From contig CM059433.1 in the NCBI GenBank assembly GCA_030390025.1, positions 5,084,001 through 5,148,000 of the forward strand: a DNA stretch of 64,000 bases, written 5' to 3'. This DNA comes from Squalus acanthias. Its lineage: Eukaryota. The notes beneath the pieces were generated by a model. That model saw only the letters and a program-made list of their open reading frames with translations, searched no databases and was not told the DNA's origin. Below are positions 39,301-50,102 of this stretch, one piece after another (within the stretch, counting starts at the first letter, position 1; every line of letters begins with the position of its first letter). The translations under genes and the position numbers were made by a program.

Positions 39301-39440
39301 TGTTAGATGCAGGAGATGGTTCTGTGATAGATAGTAGATTGGCGGTTAGGATCAGATCAGCCATGATCTTATTGAATGGCGGAGCAGGCTCGAGGGGCCG
39401 TTTGGCTTACTCCTGCTCCTATTTCTTATGTTCTTATGTT
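36301..39440 (+). mobile_element. Young 5'-truncated CR1 LINE with uninterrupted ORF2
   Basis: Full EN+RT ORF; 3' UTR with ggagcagg/cctgctcc stem and (ttcttatg)n tail; flanked on both sides by the same minisatellite. Confidence 0.95.
36313..39207 (+). CDS. CR1 ORF2: AP endonuclease + reverse transcriptase (964 codons, no stops)
   Basis: APE motifs YLNARS, ITETW, VYRPP, GDFN, SDH; RT motifs NYRPVSLTS, QHGF, YLDFQKAFD, GVPQGSVLGP, FADD. The frame stays open up to the 5' junction, so the true start is uncertain. Confidence 0.95.
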   Translation: MAGRDRVCGVKGKLVKSEKAGTKCHKAYLKVLYLNARSIRNKIDELMAQITTYGYDIVAITETWLQGDNAWELNIPGYLTIRKDRQEGRGGGVAMLIKEGITVIQSNDIGSKNHDNETVWVEIRNNKGKKTLVGVVYRPPNSCNSIGRSINQEIVEACNKGTSIIMGDFNYHINWTNQMGQGCLEDEFIECIRDGFLEQYVTEPTREQATLDLVLCNETGLIKNVLVKDPLGMSDHNMVEFHIQLEGEKVGSQTSVLSLNKGDYEGMRAELSRVNWENRLKGKTTHDQWCTFKELFYNFQKIYIPLKRKGCKRKDSHPWLSKEIKDSIRLKTRAYKVAKSSGRTEDWENFKRQQKITKRLIKKGKIDYESKLAKNIKTDSKSFYSYIKRKRVAKVNVGPLEDETGKLMVGNMEMAKTLNEYFVSVFTVEDTKNIPTLDKQEAIGGEELNTIKITKEVVLGKIMGLKADKSPGPDGLHPRVLKEVAVGIVDALVIIFQNSLDSAKVPADWKTANVTPLFKKGSRQKAGNYRPVSLTSVVGKILESIIKETVTGHLDNHNLIGQSQHGFTKGKSCLTNLLEFFEEVTYRVDKGEPVDVVYLDFQKAFDKVPHKRLLLKVKNHGIGGNILAWIEDWLSNRKQRVGINGSFSDWQSVTSGVPQGSVLGPQLFTIYINDLEEGTKCNISKFADDTKMGGKVVSEEDIKNLQGDIDRLSKWAEIWQMEYNTGKCEVMHFGRKNPRAIYYLNGKKLESTEVQRDLGVLVHETQKVSMQVQQVIKKANGMLAFIARGIEYKNREVLLQLYKVLVRPHLEYCIQFWCPYLRKDILALEAVQKRFTRLIPGMRGWSYEERLGRLGLYSLEFRRMRGDLIETYKIVKGLDRVDAGRMFPMTGETRTRGHSLRIRGCSFKTEMRRNYFTQRVVGPWNMLPQKAVEATTLIKFKTEIDSFLEVKGIKGYGERAGIWT

Positions 39441-41275
39441 CTAACCTCCATCGCTCTCTCTCCCTAACCTCCCTCGCTCGCTCTCCCTAACCTCCCTCGC
39501 TCGCTCTCCCTAACCTCCCTCGCTCGCTCTCTCTCTAACCTCCCTCGCTCTCTCTCCCTAACCTCCCTCGCTCTCTCTCCCTAACCTCCCTCGCTCTCTC
39601 TCCCTAACCTCCCTCGCTCTCTCTCCCTAACCTCCCTCGCTCGCTCTCCCTAACCTCCCTCGCTCGCTCTCCCTAACCTCCCTCGCTCGCTCTCTCTCTA
39701 ACCTCCCTCGCTCGCTCTCTCTCTCTCTAACCTCCCTCTCTCTCACCTCTCCAACCTCCCTCTCTCTCACCTCTCCAACCTCCCTCTCTCTCACCTCTCC
39801 AACCTCCCTCTCTCTCACCTCTCCAACCTCCCTCTCTCTCACCTCTCCAACCTCCCTCTCTCTCACCTCTCCAACCTCCCTCTCTCTCACCTCTCCAACC
39901 TCCCTCTCTCTCACCTCTCCAACCTCCCTCTCTCTCACCTCTCCAACCTCCCTCTCTCTCACCTCTCCAACCTCCCTCTCTCTCACCTCTCCAACCTCCC
40001 TCTCTCTCACCTCTCCAACCTCCCTCTCTCTCACCTCTCCAACCTCCCTCTCTCTCACCTCTCCAACCTCCCTCTCTCTCACCTCTCCAACCTCCCTCTC
40101 TCTCACCTCTCCAACCTCCCTCTCTCTCACCTCTCCAACCTCCCTCTCTCTCACCTCTCCAACCTCCCTCTCTCTCACCTCTCCAACCTCCCTCTCTCTC
40201 ACCTCTCCAACCTCCCTCTCTCTCACCTCTCCAACCTCCCTCTCTCTCACCTCTCCAACCTCCCTCTCTCTCACCTCTCCAACCTCCCTCTCTCTCACCT
40301 CTCCAACCTCCCTCTCTCTCACCTCTCCAACCTCCCTCTCTCTCACCTCTCCAACCTCCCTCTCTCTCACCTCTCCAACCTCCCTCTCTCTCACCTCTCC
40401 AACCTCCCTCTCTCTCACCTCTCCAACCTCCCTCTCTCTCACCTCTCCAACCTCCCTCTCTCTCACCTCTCCAACCTCCCTCTCTCTCACCTCTCCAACC
40501 TCCCTCTCTCTCACCTCTCCAACCTCCCTCTCTCTCACCTCTCCAACCTCCCTCTCTCTCACCTCTCCAACCTCCCTCTCTCTCACCTCTCCAACCTACC
40601 TCTCTCTCCTCTCCAACCTACCTCTCTCTCCTCTCCAACCTACCTCTCTCTCCTCTCCAACCTACCTCTCTCTCCTCTCCAACCTACCTCTCTCTCCTCT
40701 CCAACCTACCTCTCTCTCCTCTCCAACCTACCTCTCTCTCCTCTCCAACCTACCTCTCTCTCCTCTCCAACCTACCACTCTCTCCTCTCCAACCTACCTC
40801 TCTCTCCTCTCCAACCTACCTCTCTCTCCTCTCCAACCTACCTCTCTCTCCTCTCCAACCTACCTCTCTCCCCTCTCCAACCTACCTCTCTCCCCTCTCC
40901 AACCTACCTCTCTCCCCTCTCCAACCTCTCTCTCCTCTCCAACCTCTCTCGCTCGCTCTCTCTAACCTCCCTCCCTCGCTCTCTCTAACCTCCCTCCCTC
41001 GCTCTCTCTAACCTCCCTCCCTCGCTCTCTCTAACCTCCCTCCCTCGCTCTCTCTAACCTCCCTCCCTCGCTCTCTCTAACCTCCCTCCCTCGCTCTCTC
41101 TAACCTCCCTCCCTCGCTCTCTCTAACCTCCCTCCCTCGCTCTCTCTAACCTCCCTCCCTCGCTCTCTCTAACCTCCCTCCCTCGCTCTCTCTAACCTCC
41201 CTCCCTCGCTCTCTCTAACCTCCCTCCCTCGCTCTCTCTAACCTCCCTCCCTCGCTCTCTCTAACCTCCCTCCCA
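39441..41275. repeat. CT-rich minisatellite with successive 23-, 24-, 22- and 23-nt unit blocks
   Basis: The 24-mer cctccctctctctcacctctccaa is essentially perfect over ~39730-40590. Confidence 0.95.
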
Positions 41276-41759
41276 TTCAAACCTCTCCTGCTCTCTATCT
41301 CAAACCTCTCTCTCTCTCTCCATCTACCCCTCCCACTCTCGCTCAAATATCTCCCACTCTCTCTCACCCCCACAATTATGACTCAAACTACCACCCACCA
41401 TCAACCCCTTGCACCCCCCCCCCACCCCCACCCCCACCCAGTATCTGGACATAGGAACTTATAATGAGAAAAAGTAGGCAAACAAATGTGACAAAAACAT
41501 GACAACAGAAGTCAAGTTGCACAGACAGATGTATTGGTGATGAGGAAAGTCCCTCAGGCCTATGTGTACTTGACTCCATTTACCAACCTTTACTTCCCAG
41601 ATCGCTTGGGATAGGCAATAAAACAGACCCGTGGCCAGTTCAGGAGTCCTGTATCACCTCTAGCTCATGCTCCCTTAGCCAAGTTATCTTTTCATTTTAG
41701 CTCTACCCTCTCACCCCACCTCCACACACATTATGAAACCTAATTTTTGCACACATTCC

Positions 41760-42170
41760 GACTTATGGCACATTATCAAAAGCCTTTTGGAGATCCAAGT
41801 AGATGATGTTTGCCGGGACTCCTTGATCTACCATTCCAGTCACCTTGTCAACAAAATTGGATCAAGTTTTAAGAATGACCTCTGATTTCTGAGACTGTGT
41901 TAAGCATCTCCTAAATCCCCTCGTGTTCCTTTAAAGTATCTCTTCTGATACCATCGTCATTCCCCACCACCGAGGTTAGACTCACTGGTCTGCAGTTCCC
42001 CAGATTTGTATAAGGGGCTCACATGGCTTTTCTCTAATCCTCTGGCATCACCCAGACCTTTGAGGTATTGAAAATGTTAAGCAGAATATCACATGAAACC
42101 ACCGATATTTCTTTCAGCATCCTGCTGCTCTTTCTACCCTGAGCCCTTTTAAATTTAGCTAGCACCTTTC
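41760..42170 (-). mobile_element. Old CR1 RT fragment
   Basis: IIYLDLQKAFD and RPVSLTSVVG remnants. Confidence 0.6.
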
Positions 42171-42181
42171 CCCTTGTGACG

Positions 42182-42615
42182 GGGTACGGTAGCATAGCGT
42201 TTATGTTACTGGACTAGTAATCCAGAGGCCTGGACTAATAATCTAGTAGATGTGAGTTCCAATCATACCACAGGCAGCTGGGGAATTTAAATTCAGTTAA
42301 TTAAATAAAAATCTGGAATAAAAAGCTCGTGTCAGTAATGCTGAGGATTGTCGGAAAAACCCATCTGGTTCACTAATGTCCTTTAGGGAAGGAAATCTGC
42401 TGCCCTTACCCGGTCTGGCCGATATGCGACTCCAGACCCACAGCAATGTGGTTGACTCTTAACTGTTTTCTGCCATGGCCTAGCGAGACTCTCAGAAGTA
42501 CTGCAGTGGTTCAAGGCGGCGGCTCACCACCACCTTCCCAAGGGTAATTAGGGATGGGCAATAAATGCCGGCCTTGCCAGCGACGTCCACATCCTGTGAA
42601 CGAATAAAAAAAAAT
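42182..42615 (+). mobile_element. Second tRNA-derived SINE family
   Basis: Collinear with 3385-3790. Confidence 0.8.
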
Positions 42616-43015
42616 CTGCCAACAATTTTTCCATAAACAAACCTCCTGATTTATAAATACCTTTTTTTAAATTAGCTAGAAACAAAAGTGAACTGAAGAA
42701 CATAAGAAAGCATGGAATGAGAAAAGTCCCCTCCTTCCATAGACCATGTATCATTTACCCGGTCATGGACTCTACCTACTGACTTAATCTTCAGAGATTC
42801 TGCGTAAAGATAAGGCGGCTTTCCACAGCGGCTTACTGTGATAGCTGCACCATTATTAAAAGGCAATTTAGCCCAGTTCCATATAGAATACCACAGCAAA
42901 TCACCAAGGAATATGAAACACTCCTCATTACCAGGAGAGAACAGTTCTCAGACCACTTTGTGTCCTGGTTACAGTGTCCATCACCTTTAAATCAAATTTT
43001 TTCAAAAGAGAAAAG

Positions 43016-43455
43016 AGACTTGCATTTCTATAGCGCCTTTCACGACCACTGGACGTCTCAAAGCATCTTACAGCCAATGAAGTACTTTTGGAGTGGAGTC
43101 ACTGTTGTAATGTGGGAAACACGGCAGCCAATTTGCGCACAGCAAGATCCCACAAACAGCAATGTGAAAATGACCAGATGATCTGTTTTTTGTTATGTTG
43201 GTTGAGGGATAAATATTGGCCAGGACACTGGGGATAACTCCCCTGCTCTTCTTCAAAATAGTGCCATGGGATCTTTTACGTGCACCTGAGAGAGTAGACG
43301 GGGCCTCGGTTTAACATCTCATCCGAAAGACGGCACCTCCGACAGTGCAGCGCTCCCTCAGCACTGCACTGGAGTGTCAGCCTAGCTTTATGTGCTCAAG
43401 TCCCTGGAGTGGGACTTGAACCCACAACCTTCTGACTCAGAGGCGAGTGTGCTAC
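43016..43455 (-). mobile_element. Deu-domain SINE, full length
   Basis: A/B boxes, core and tail. Partial copies also at ~15085-15343, 21338-21705, 30013-30235 and 61965-62150. Confidence 0.88.
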
Positions 43456-43742
43456 CCACTGAGTCACAGCCGACACTCAATCAAATTTACCTTCATAAAT
43501 ATTTCCATCAATGCAGAATTGCACCAATGATTACCTGTATTACCATTATTCTTTTAACAAGTGTAAAACGTTAATCAGATATAATTTTAAAAGTTCTTCC
43601 TCATAAATTAATGAATGCCAGGAACTAGCCATCTGGTCTGATGTGATATTCTATTTATACAATAAGTCATTGAACTAGAGTTTCAAATTCTTTCACAATA
43701 CAGTGCTTTATGGGAATACTGGTGTCAAATATTACCAACATG

Positions 43743-43860
43743 GGGGTATAATTTCCTCTCTACGTAAAATTACAAGAAAATTATTTTACTGACTTTGGTT
43801 TATACTGACAGTTTAATAATAGAATTTTTCTTTAAATTTACACAAAGGTAAATATACCCT
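43743..43860. mobile_element. Short fold-back MITE (~120 bp), second copy
   Basis: Same ends and internal aaattattttact...tttttcttta pattern as 12443-12565. Confidence 0.6.
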
Positions 43861-44284
43861 GTGGACTGAGAAAATACAACATCCCAAAAAACAAATAAAT
43901 ATACTGGTGTGCTGGTATCCTATCAGAACAACCCCTCTTATCCAACACTATGTAAATTGCATAACACAGTAATGCTGCTAATTAAAGCGAGATGATATAT
44001 TTTAGGATGAGATCTAATTTGCATCTACATAAGAACTAGGAGCAGGAGTCGGCCATTTGGCCCCTCGAGCCTGCTCCGTCATTCAATAAGATCATGGCTG
44101 ATCTTCTACCTCATCTCCACTTTCCTGCTCTATCCCCATATCCCTTGATTCCCTTAATATTCAAAAATCTATCGATCTCTGTCTTGAATATACTCAAGAT
44201 GCGGAGATGCCGGTGTTGGACTGGGGTGGACAAAAATGAGAAGTCGCACAACACCAGGTTATAGTCCAACAGTTTTATTTAAAA

Positions 44285-44320
44285 TTACGAGCTTTCGGAG
44301 CGCTGCTCCTTCGTCAGGTA
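44285..44320 (-). ncRNA. Minimal type I hammerhead ribozyme (PLE)
   Basis: uac-CUGACGA-a-GGAGC agc GCUCC-GAAA-gcUC-gua. Confidence 0.8.
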
Positions 44321-44690
44321 CAGTGAGGGAATACAAATCGGTTACAAAGTATATATACACAGAGAACAATGTGTCTGCAGAGATACAATCTGTCAGGGAG
44401 GCATTACATCAAAGACACATCAGAGTACAGCTAAGACAATGAGGTGGGTCACAGGGGGTCCAACGTGTCAAATGCTGCCGTCCCATGTTAAATGCTGCCA
44501 GCATGTTAAAAGTTTAATTGCAGACGGCAGCATTTGACACGTTGGACCCCCTGTGACCCACCTCATTGTCTTAGCTGTACTCTGATGTGTCTTTGATGTA
44601 ATGCCTCCCTAACAGATTGTATCTCTGCAGACACATTGTTCTCTGTCTCTATATACTGTGTAATCGATTTGTATTCCCTCACTGTACCTG

Positions 44691-44725
44691 TACCTGACGA
44701 AGGAGCAGAGCTCCGAAAGCTTGTA
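44691..44725 (+). ncRNA. Minimal type I hammerhead ribozyme (PLE, mirror arm)
   Basis: uac-CUGACGA-a-GGAGC aga GCUCC-GAAA-gcUU-gua, followed by AATAAA. Confidence 0.8.
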
Positions 44726-46544
44726 ATTTTAAATAAAACTGTTGGACTATAACCTGGTGTTGTGCGACTTCTCATTTTTGAATATACTCAACGACTGAGT
44801 CTCCACAGCCCTCTGGGGTAGTGAATTCCAAAGATTCATCACCCTCTGAGTGAAGAAATTCCTCCTCATCTCAGTCCTAAATGGCCGACCCCTTATTCTG
44901 AGACTGTGACCCCTGGTTCTAGACTCCCCAGCCAGGGGAAACACCCTCCCTGCATCTACCCTGTCAAGCCCTGTAAGAATTTTGTATGTTTCAATGAGAT
45001 CACCTCTCATTCTTCTAAACTCCAGAGAATATAGGCCTAGTCTACTCAATCTCTCCTCATAGGACAATCCCCCCATCCCAGGAACCGAGTTATCTGAATT
45101 ATTCCAGCTTGGATCATTTGGGACTTTGGATAAGACCTGCTGGCTGCTTAGTGAACAGTAAATGAGGATTCAAATTTTTAATCACCTGTGATGTCCAACG
45201 GTAAATACCTCAAATTACATTTTATAAAACAGGAGCTGTATGCCTTCACTGGTACCGTTAATGGCGGAATCACAATCACATTGCCAAGCAATCTTAATTC
45301 CACATATTTTTAAGTATACAATACAATCTATTCCTGATAATTCAAAGTCATTTTGGCACCAAAATGTCAAATTATTTGATAATTCAAGCTTTAAGTAACT
45401 TTGAAATAAGAGGAGTGGAGTGCAATACTCCTGCTTGCACGACAGGACCGGCAGTATGATTCTGCGGCCTGAGCAGACTACAGTTTGACCCCATTACCAA
45501 AACAGCATGTGGCAAGCTCATCATCAAATCTGTCATTCCAGTTTAACTGGACCAGAGGCAGCACCAGCTGGGTAGACATGTGCAAGATTGTTTTTTTGCA
45601 GGAACAGTACGCTCCAAAGGAACGGAAATACAATACGCTCATTAAAAAGATACAATTTCAAAGTTCAGACATATTGTTTTACAGGAATAATCTGGACTGC
45701 AGCTCCATAATGGGCGTCTCAAAATTTTCCTTAACAAAAACATAACCTGTTTTCTAAATATTATTTCCTGCTTTGATATGGTTTAAAATATATATTGACC
45801 TTTTTCTTCCCTCCCAACTGAAGCGCCATTTTTACATAAATTCTGCATTCTGAATAGACTCAAAGAACAGATGTAAAGCATCTCAATGCTTCAACCAACC
45901 CTTACTGCACATTCCAATCAATGGAGGCGAGAGCACTGGGCTCGTTTCTAACTTGTCTAGGACAAGGAATTGGCAAAATCACAGCTTTAATTCGGAACCC
46001 AGCTATTTAAAATATAAACGTAAAGTAAAAAAAATACTATTCAGGTTTTGTTTAAATGGAGCTATATTTTTGGGTGGGAGAGTCCAGCATATTCAGGATC
46101 AGGAGTATTATCCTGAAATGATCCACATTATGGTAGGTTTTCAATGCCCACCGAATGTATCGTCCTTTGCGTCTTAAAACAGTGATGGGCGAGGGGACGT
46201 CATGTTCAAAACTGTTAGCCTCTAACTTTGCCAAATAATGTTCCCACAAACTTGTCACAAAGTTTTTGTTGAGTAATTTTGCAAAAGCATCTTTTAGACC
46301 AGAGTGTGAAAGTTAATGAAACAGTCTCGAGATATGAGCAGAAGGCCTCAAAATTATTTTAAAAAAGAGAAAAGAGAATGTTCAGTGAAATCAATCATAA
46401 GTTTTAAGTTTGTAACAATGTCCCTGACATTAAATACCTCAGTAAATTCACTGGAGTTCAAGAATGAAATACATTGTTTTTTTTAAAAAGTACATTTCAG
46501 TAAGTCCCCAAGTGTGTGCAGTGAATATCTGGCCACCTGGCTGG

Positions 46545-47467
46545 AGCGGTGCCAGGGCTGCACTCAGTGCCCGGGTTGGGCTCAGTGCCAGGCTGCTCTC
46601 GGTGCCAGGGGCTGGGGTGCACTCGGTGCCCGGGTTGGGCTCAGTGCCAGGGGTTGGGCTCAGTGCCCAGGCTGCGCTCAGTGCCAGGGGCTGCTCTCGG
46701 TGCCAGGGGCTGGGGTGCACTCGGTGCCCGGGTTGGGCTCGGTGCCAGGCTGCGCTCAGTGCCAGGGGCTGCTCTCGGTGCCAGGGGCTGGGGTGCACTC
46801 GGTGCCCGGGTTGGGCTCGGTGCCAGGCTGCTCTCGGTGCCCGGGTTGGGCTCGGTGCCAGGCTGCTCTCGGTGCCAGGGCTGGGCTCGGTGCCAGGGGC
46901 TGGGCTCGGTGCCAGGCTGCTCTCGGTGCCAGGCTGCTCTCGGTGCCAGGGGCTGGGGTGCACTCAGTGCCAGGGCTGCGCTCAGTGCCCGGGTTGGGCT
47001 CGGTGCCAGGGGCTGCGCTCGGTGCCAGGGGCTGGGCTCGGTGCCCGGGGCTGCTCTCGGTGCCAGGGGCTGGGCTCGGTGCCCGGGTTGGGCTCAGTGC
47101 CAGGGGTTGGGCTCGGTGCCAGGCTGCTCTCGGTGCCAGGGGCTGGGGTGCTCTCGGTGCCAGGGGCTGGGGTGCTCTCGGTGCCCGGGGCTGGGCTCGG
47201 TGCCAGGGGCTGGGCTCGGTGCCCGGGGTTGGGCTCGGTGCCCGGGGTTGGGCTCGGTGCCCGGGGCTGGGCTCGGTGCCAGGCTGCTCTCGGTGCCAGG
47301 GGCTGGGCTCGGTGCCAGGGGCTGCTCTCGGTGCCAGGGGCTGGGCTCGGTGCCAGGGGCTGGGGTGCTCTCGGTGCCAGGGGCTGCTCTCGGTGCCAGG
47401 GGCTGGGCTCGGTGCCAGGGGCTGCGCTCGGTGCCAGGGGCTGAGCTCGGTGCCAGGGGCTGCTCTC
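46545..47467. repeat. GC-rich variable-unit minisatellite (core ctcggtgccaggggctg) at the start of intron 1
   Basis: Tandem 17-24 nt variants; begins ~40 nt into intron 1. Confidence 0.95.
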
Positions 47468-47507
47468 AATCCCCGGGACTCCGCTCCGCTCCCCGCCGCT
47501 CACTCAC

Positions 47508-47656
47508 CCGCTCAGTTCCAGCACCAGGCTCCGGATGCTCAGCCCTCGGGCGTTTTTGGCCGCAATGACCGTGATGATCTGCGGGACCTTGAGCACGGTG
47601 CAGACAATGAGAGTGCTGGAGGTGGCGAGCAGCAGCAGCGCGGACTCCGGCTCCAT
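47508..47656 (-). CDS. SLC66A3: SLC66A3/PQLC3 (PQ-loop protein) coding exon 1
   Basis: MEPESALLLLATSSTLIVCTVLKVPQIITVIAAKNARGLSIRSLVLELSG matches the recalled PQLC3 N-terminus (LK.PQI, ARGLS, LLEL.G). Donor GG|gtgagt; 149 nt, phase 2. Confidence 0.95.
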
Positions 47657-47900
47657 CTCCGCACCGGTACCGGCACCCAGCCGCCTCACTGCAGACAGAC
47701 TGATAAATAAATCAAGGGGCTTTTCCGGATACGCCTTGAAATGCAGAGCGACTTCTTGCGCGGCCTGAAAGAAGGTGGGACTTGGCCGGGGCACCGGGAG
47801 AGGGAGACCGGGACCCCGCGGCAGTGCCCGACCCCCAGAGCCTCCTCCTCTCCCCCACACCCACTTCCTCCAGCCGCCTAGCCGGCTTTTAGCAACTGCA
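47657..47900 (-). promoter_or_regulatory. GC/CpG-rich 5' UTR and putative promoter of SLC66A3
   Basis: CpG-rich non-repeat sequence immediately upstream of the ATG; the TSS cannot be determined. Confidence 0.5.
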
Positions 47901-48911
47901 GCGGCTCATGGCAAGCAGCACGACTTTGCAAAAAATAAAACAACAATAATAATAACTGGTGGCTGGGTTTCTAGCAGTGGGAGGTGGGCTTGTGCTCCAC
48001 TCCTCGCCCCCCTTTTTGGAGCTTTGTTCCAACACCTTAAACACACACTTGAGATTTTTGTTAGTGGTTGAAAGTTGTGGGGTTTGCAATGGCCGTGTCT
48101 GGGGGAGAGGAAGGGAAGGGGTGGTTCCTGCAGTAGACGTGTCTCACTGCCAGAGGCAGACTCATTCCATCCACTTGTCAGCTTTGGCTGATGTCTCGAG
48201 TTCTCAACTCTCCAGAACTGCCCCTGTGGGGAGGGAGGGGGGGGGGGTCTCCAGGAATTAAAGGTTAATCTCCTCTGAGCCACCCAACAGGCACATTCAG
48301 GGGGCCTTTTAAAGAAATGTGTTTTCAAATTATTTTCTTTCAACACTTGTTTATTAGTTATAATAATATTGGAGATTGGGGAGGGGCTGTTTGACTTTCG
48401 AATCAAGAATCATCCAGTCTGGTAAGGAAGAGTCTGTACTCTTTCCAATTGGTGAGAGAAGGCGGTGCACAGTGTGGACGGACGGGACTGGCAGCCAATG
48501 GTGGTGGAGTGGTTGGAGGCGGGAGGCCACGTGATGAAATCACCCAGAATATGACTAACCAGTTTGACGCCACTAGATACGGCCCATGTTTTTTTGACAA
48601 ACACATTCCATCCCATTATGTTCAGTGCATGATGCGTTTCTATGTTTGTGGTGGGCATGTAAACGTGTCATGTCACTCATTAGGGACTATACCAAACCTA
48701 CACGGAAAAAAGGAGGGGAAAAAACACGGGTGAGGGTAATATAGGAATTTGCTAAAAGTCATTAAACAAGATATTAGAGGGCCAAAGAGGGCCCTCGCGG
48801 TGAGTATAGTTAAAGAAGTTAAACAATGGCTCTTTCAATGTCCTAGCAGTAAAAGAGCAACATGGAGTATAAGAGATGAAATTAGCGATGAAGTTAAAAG
48901 AACATAAAATA

Positions 48912-49572
48912 AGAACATAATAAGAAATAGGAGCAGGAGTCGGCCATTCGGCCCCTCGAGCCTGCTCCGCCATTCAATAAGATCATGGCTGACCTTCTAC
49001 CTCATCTCCACTTTCCTGCACTATCCCCATATCCCTTGATTCCCTTGATATTCAAAAATCTATCGATCTCTGTCTTGAATATACTCAATGACTGAGCCTC
49101 CACAGCCCTCTGGGATAGTGAATTCCAAAGATTCACCACCCTCTGAGTGAAGAAATTCCTCCCCATCTCGGTCCTAAATGGCCGACCCCTTATTCTGAGA
49201 CTGTGACCCCTGGTTCTAGACTCCCCAGCCAGGGAAAACATCCTCCCTTCATCTACCCTGTCAAGCCCTGTAAGAATTTTGTATGTTTCAATGAGATCAC
49301 CTCTCATTCTTCTAAACTCCAGAGAATATAGGCCGAGGCTACTCAATCTCTCCTCATAGGACAATCCCCCCATCCCAGGAATCAGTCTGGTGAACCTTCG
49401 TTGCTCTCCCTCTATGGCAAGTATATCCTTCCTTAGGTAAGGTGACCAAAACTGTACACAATACTCCAGAAGTAGTCTCGCCAGCACTCTACATAATTGC
49501 AGTAAGATGTCTTTACTCTTATACTCAAATCCTCTTGTAATAAAGGCCTAATTGCTTGCTGTACCTGCATGT
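48912..49572 (-). mobile_element. CR1 3' fragment
   Basis: ORF 49002-49487 is the ORF2 C-terminus. Confidence 0.9.
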
Positions 49573-50102
49573 CACTGGAGATACTAGTTTCCTATCCAAA
49601 CCAGTTTCTGCAGATGAGGATATTCCAATCAGCATGGCAGAGGTAATTGATCCGTAAGGGGACTTAAGACTAACAAATGCCTTGTGCCAATAGCGTGTAT
49701 ATTAAAGTGCTGAAGGAGCCTTCTAACATTCCTCAATCTCTTTGAGCTTCACCATTAGCCAAGTCAACACCATTTATAGAGTACCTGAGGCCGAATTTCC
49801 TCGCTCCCCCCTTCCCAGACATTGGACTGGCTCAACATGCCCAAAGGGCTCTGCACCTGTCGAAGCCAAGGTACACCAACACTTGGTGGTCTGAGACATT
49901 AACTTGACCCAGAGGCACCTCTAAGCACAGGCCTGGCCCTCGCCAGGGCCTTGCATCAGCAATGGGGTGGAAACAGGAGTACTGTTCTTGTGGCCTTTTA
50001 GCGGCTGTTCTCCAACAGCAGCCAGAAGCTCTCTAGACCTGAAAATCTAATTGTTGCTGAAATAAAAAGGTCTTGCACTTACTTTTCAGCTTTCCTTTGC
50101 CT

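Larger units (their letters stand above)
44198..44780. mobile_element. Penelope-like element with inverted arms (fold-back) inserted in CR1
   Basis: Arms 44231-44482 and 44523-44780; 33-nt unpaired extension at 44198-44230; flanking direct repeat TTGAATATACTCAA at 44184-44197 and 44778-44791. Confidence 0.92.
44028..45085 (-). mobile_element. CR1 3' fragment hosting a PLE fold-back
   Basis: Collinear with uninterrupted copies such as 48912-49572 once the PLE and one direct repeat are removed. Confidence 0.9.

Noticed and set aside
39627..40586. 319-aa (REREVGEV)n ORF
   Set aside because: Translation of a perfect 24-nt minisatellite; no ATG start and no codon-level variation.
44236..44775. 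Twin 68/70-aa ORFs (MRSRTTPGYSP...) as a duplicated gene
   Set aside because: They are mirror images from the PLE fold-back, antisense to the ribozyme-bearing UTR, and the frame is not conserved in the 1.2k copy.
46448..47710. Overlapping 170-400 aa ORFs in all frames
   Set aside because: Stop-free by-products of the GC-rich VNTR.
47657..47860. N-terminal extension of SLC66A3 in ORF 47504-47860
   Set aside because: The predicted start is not ATG; homology to PQLC3 begins at the ATG at 47656.
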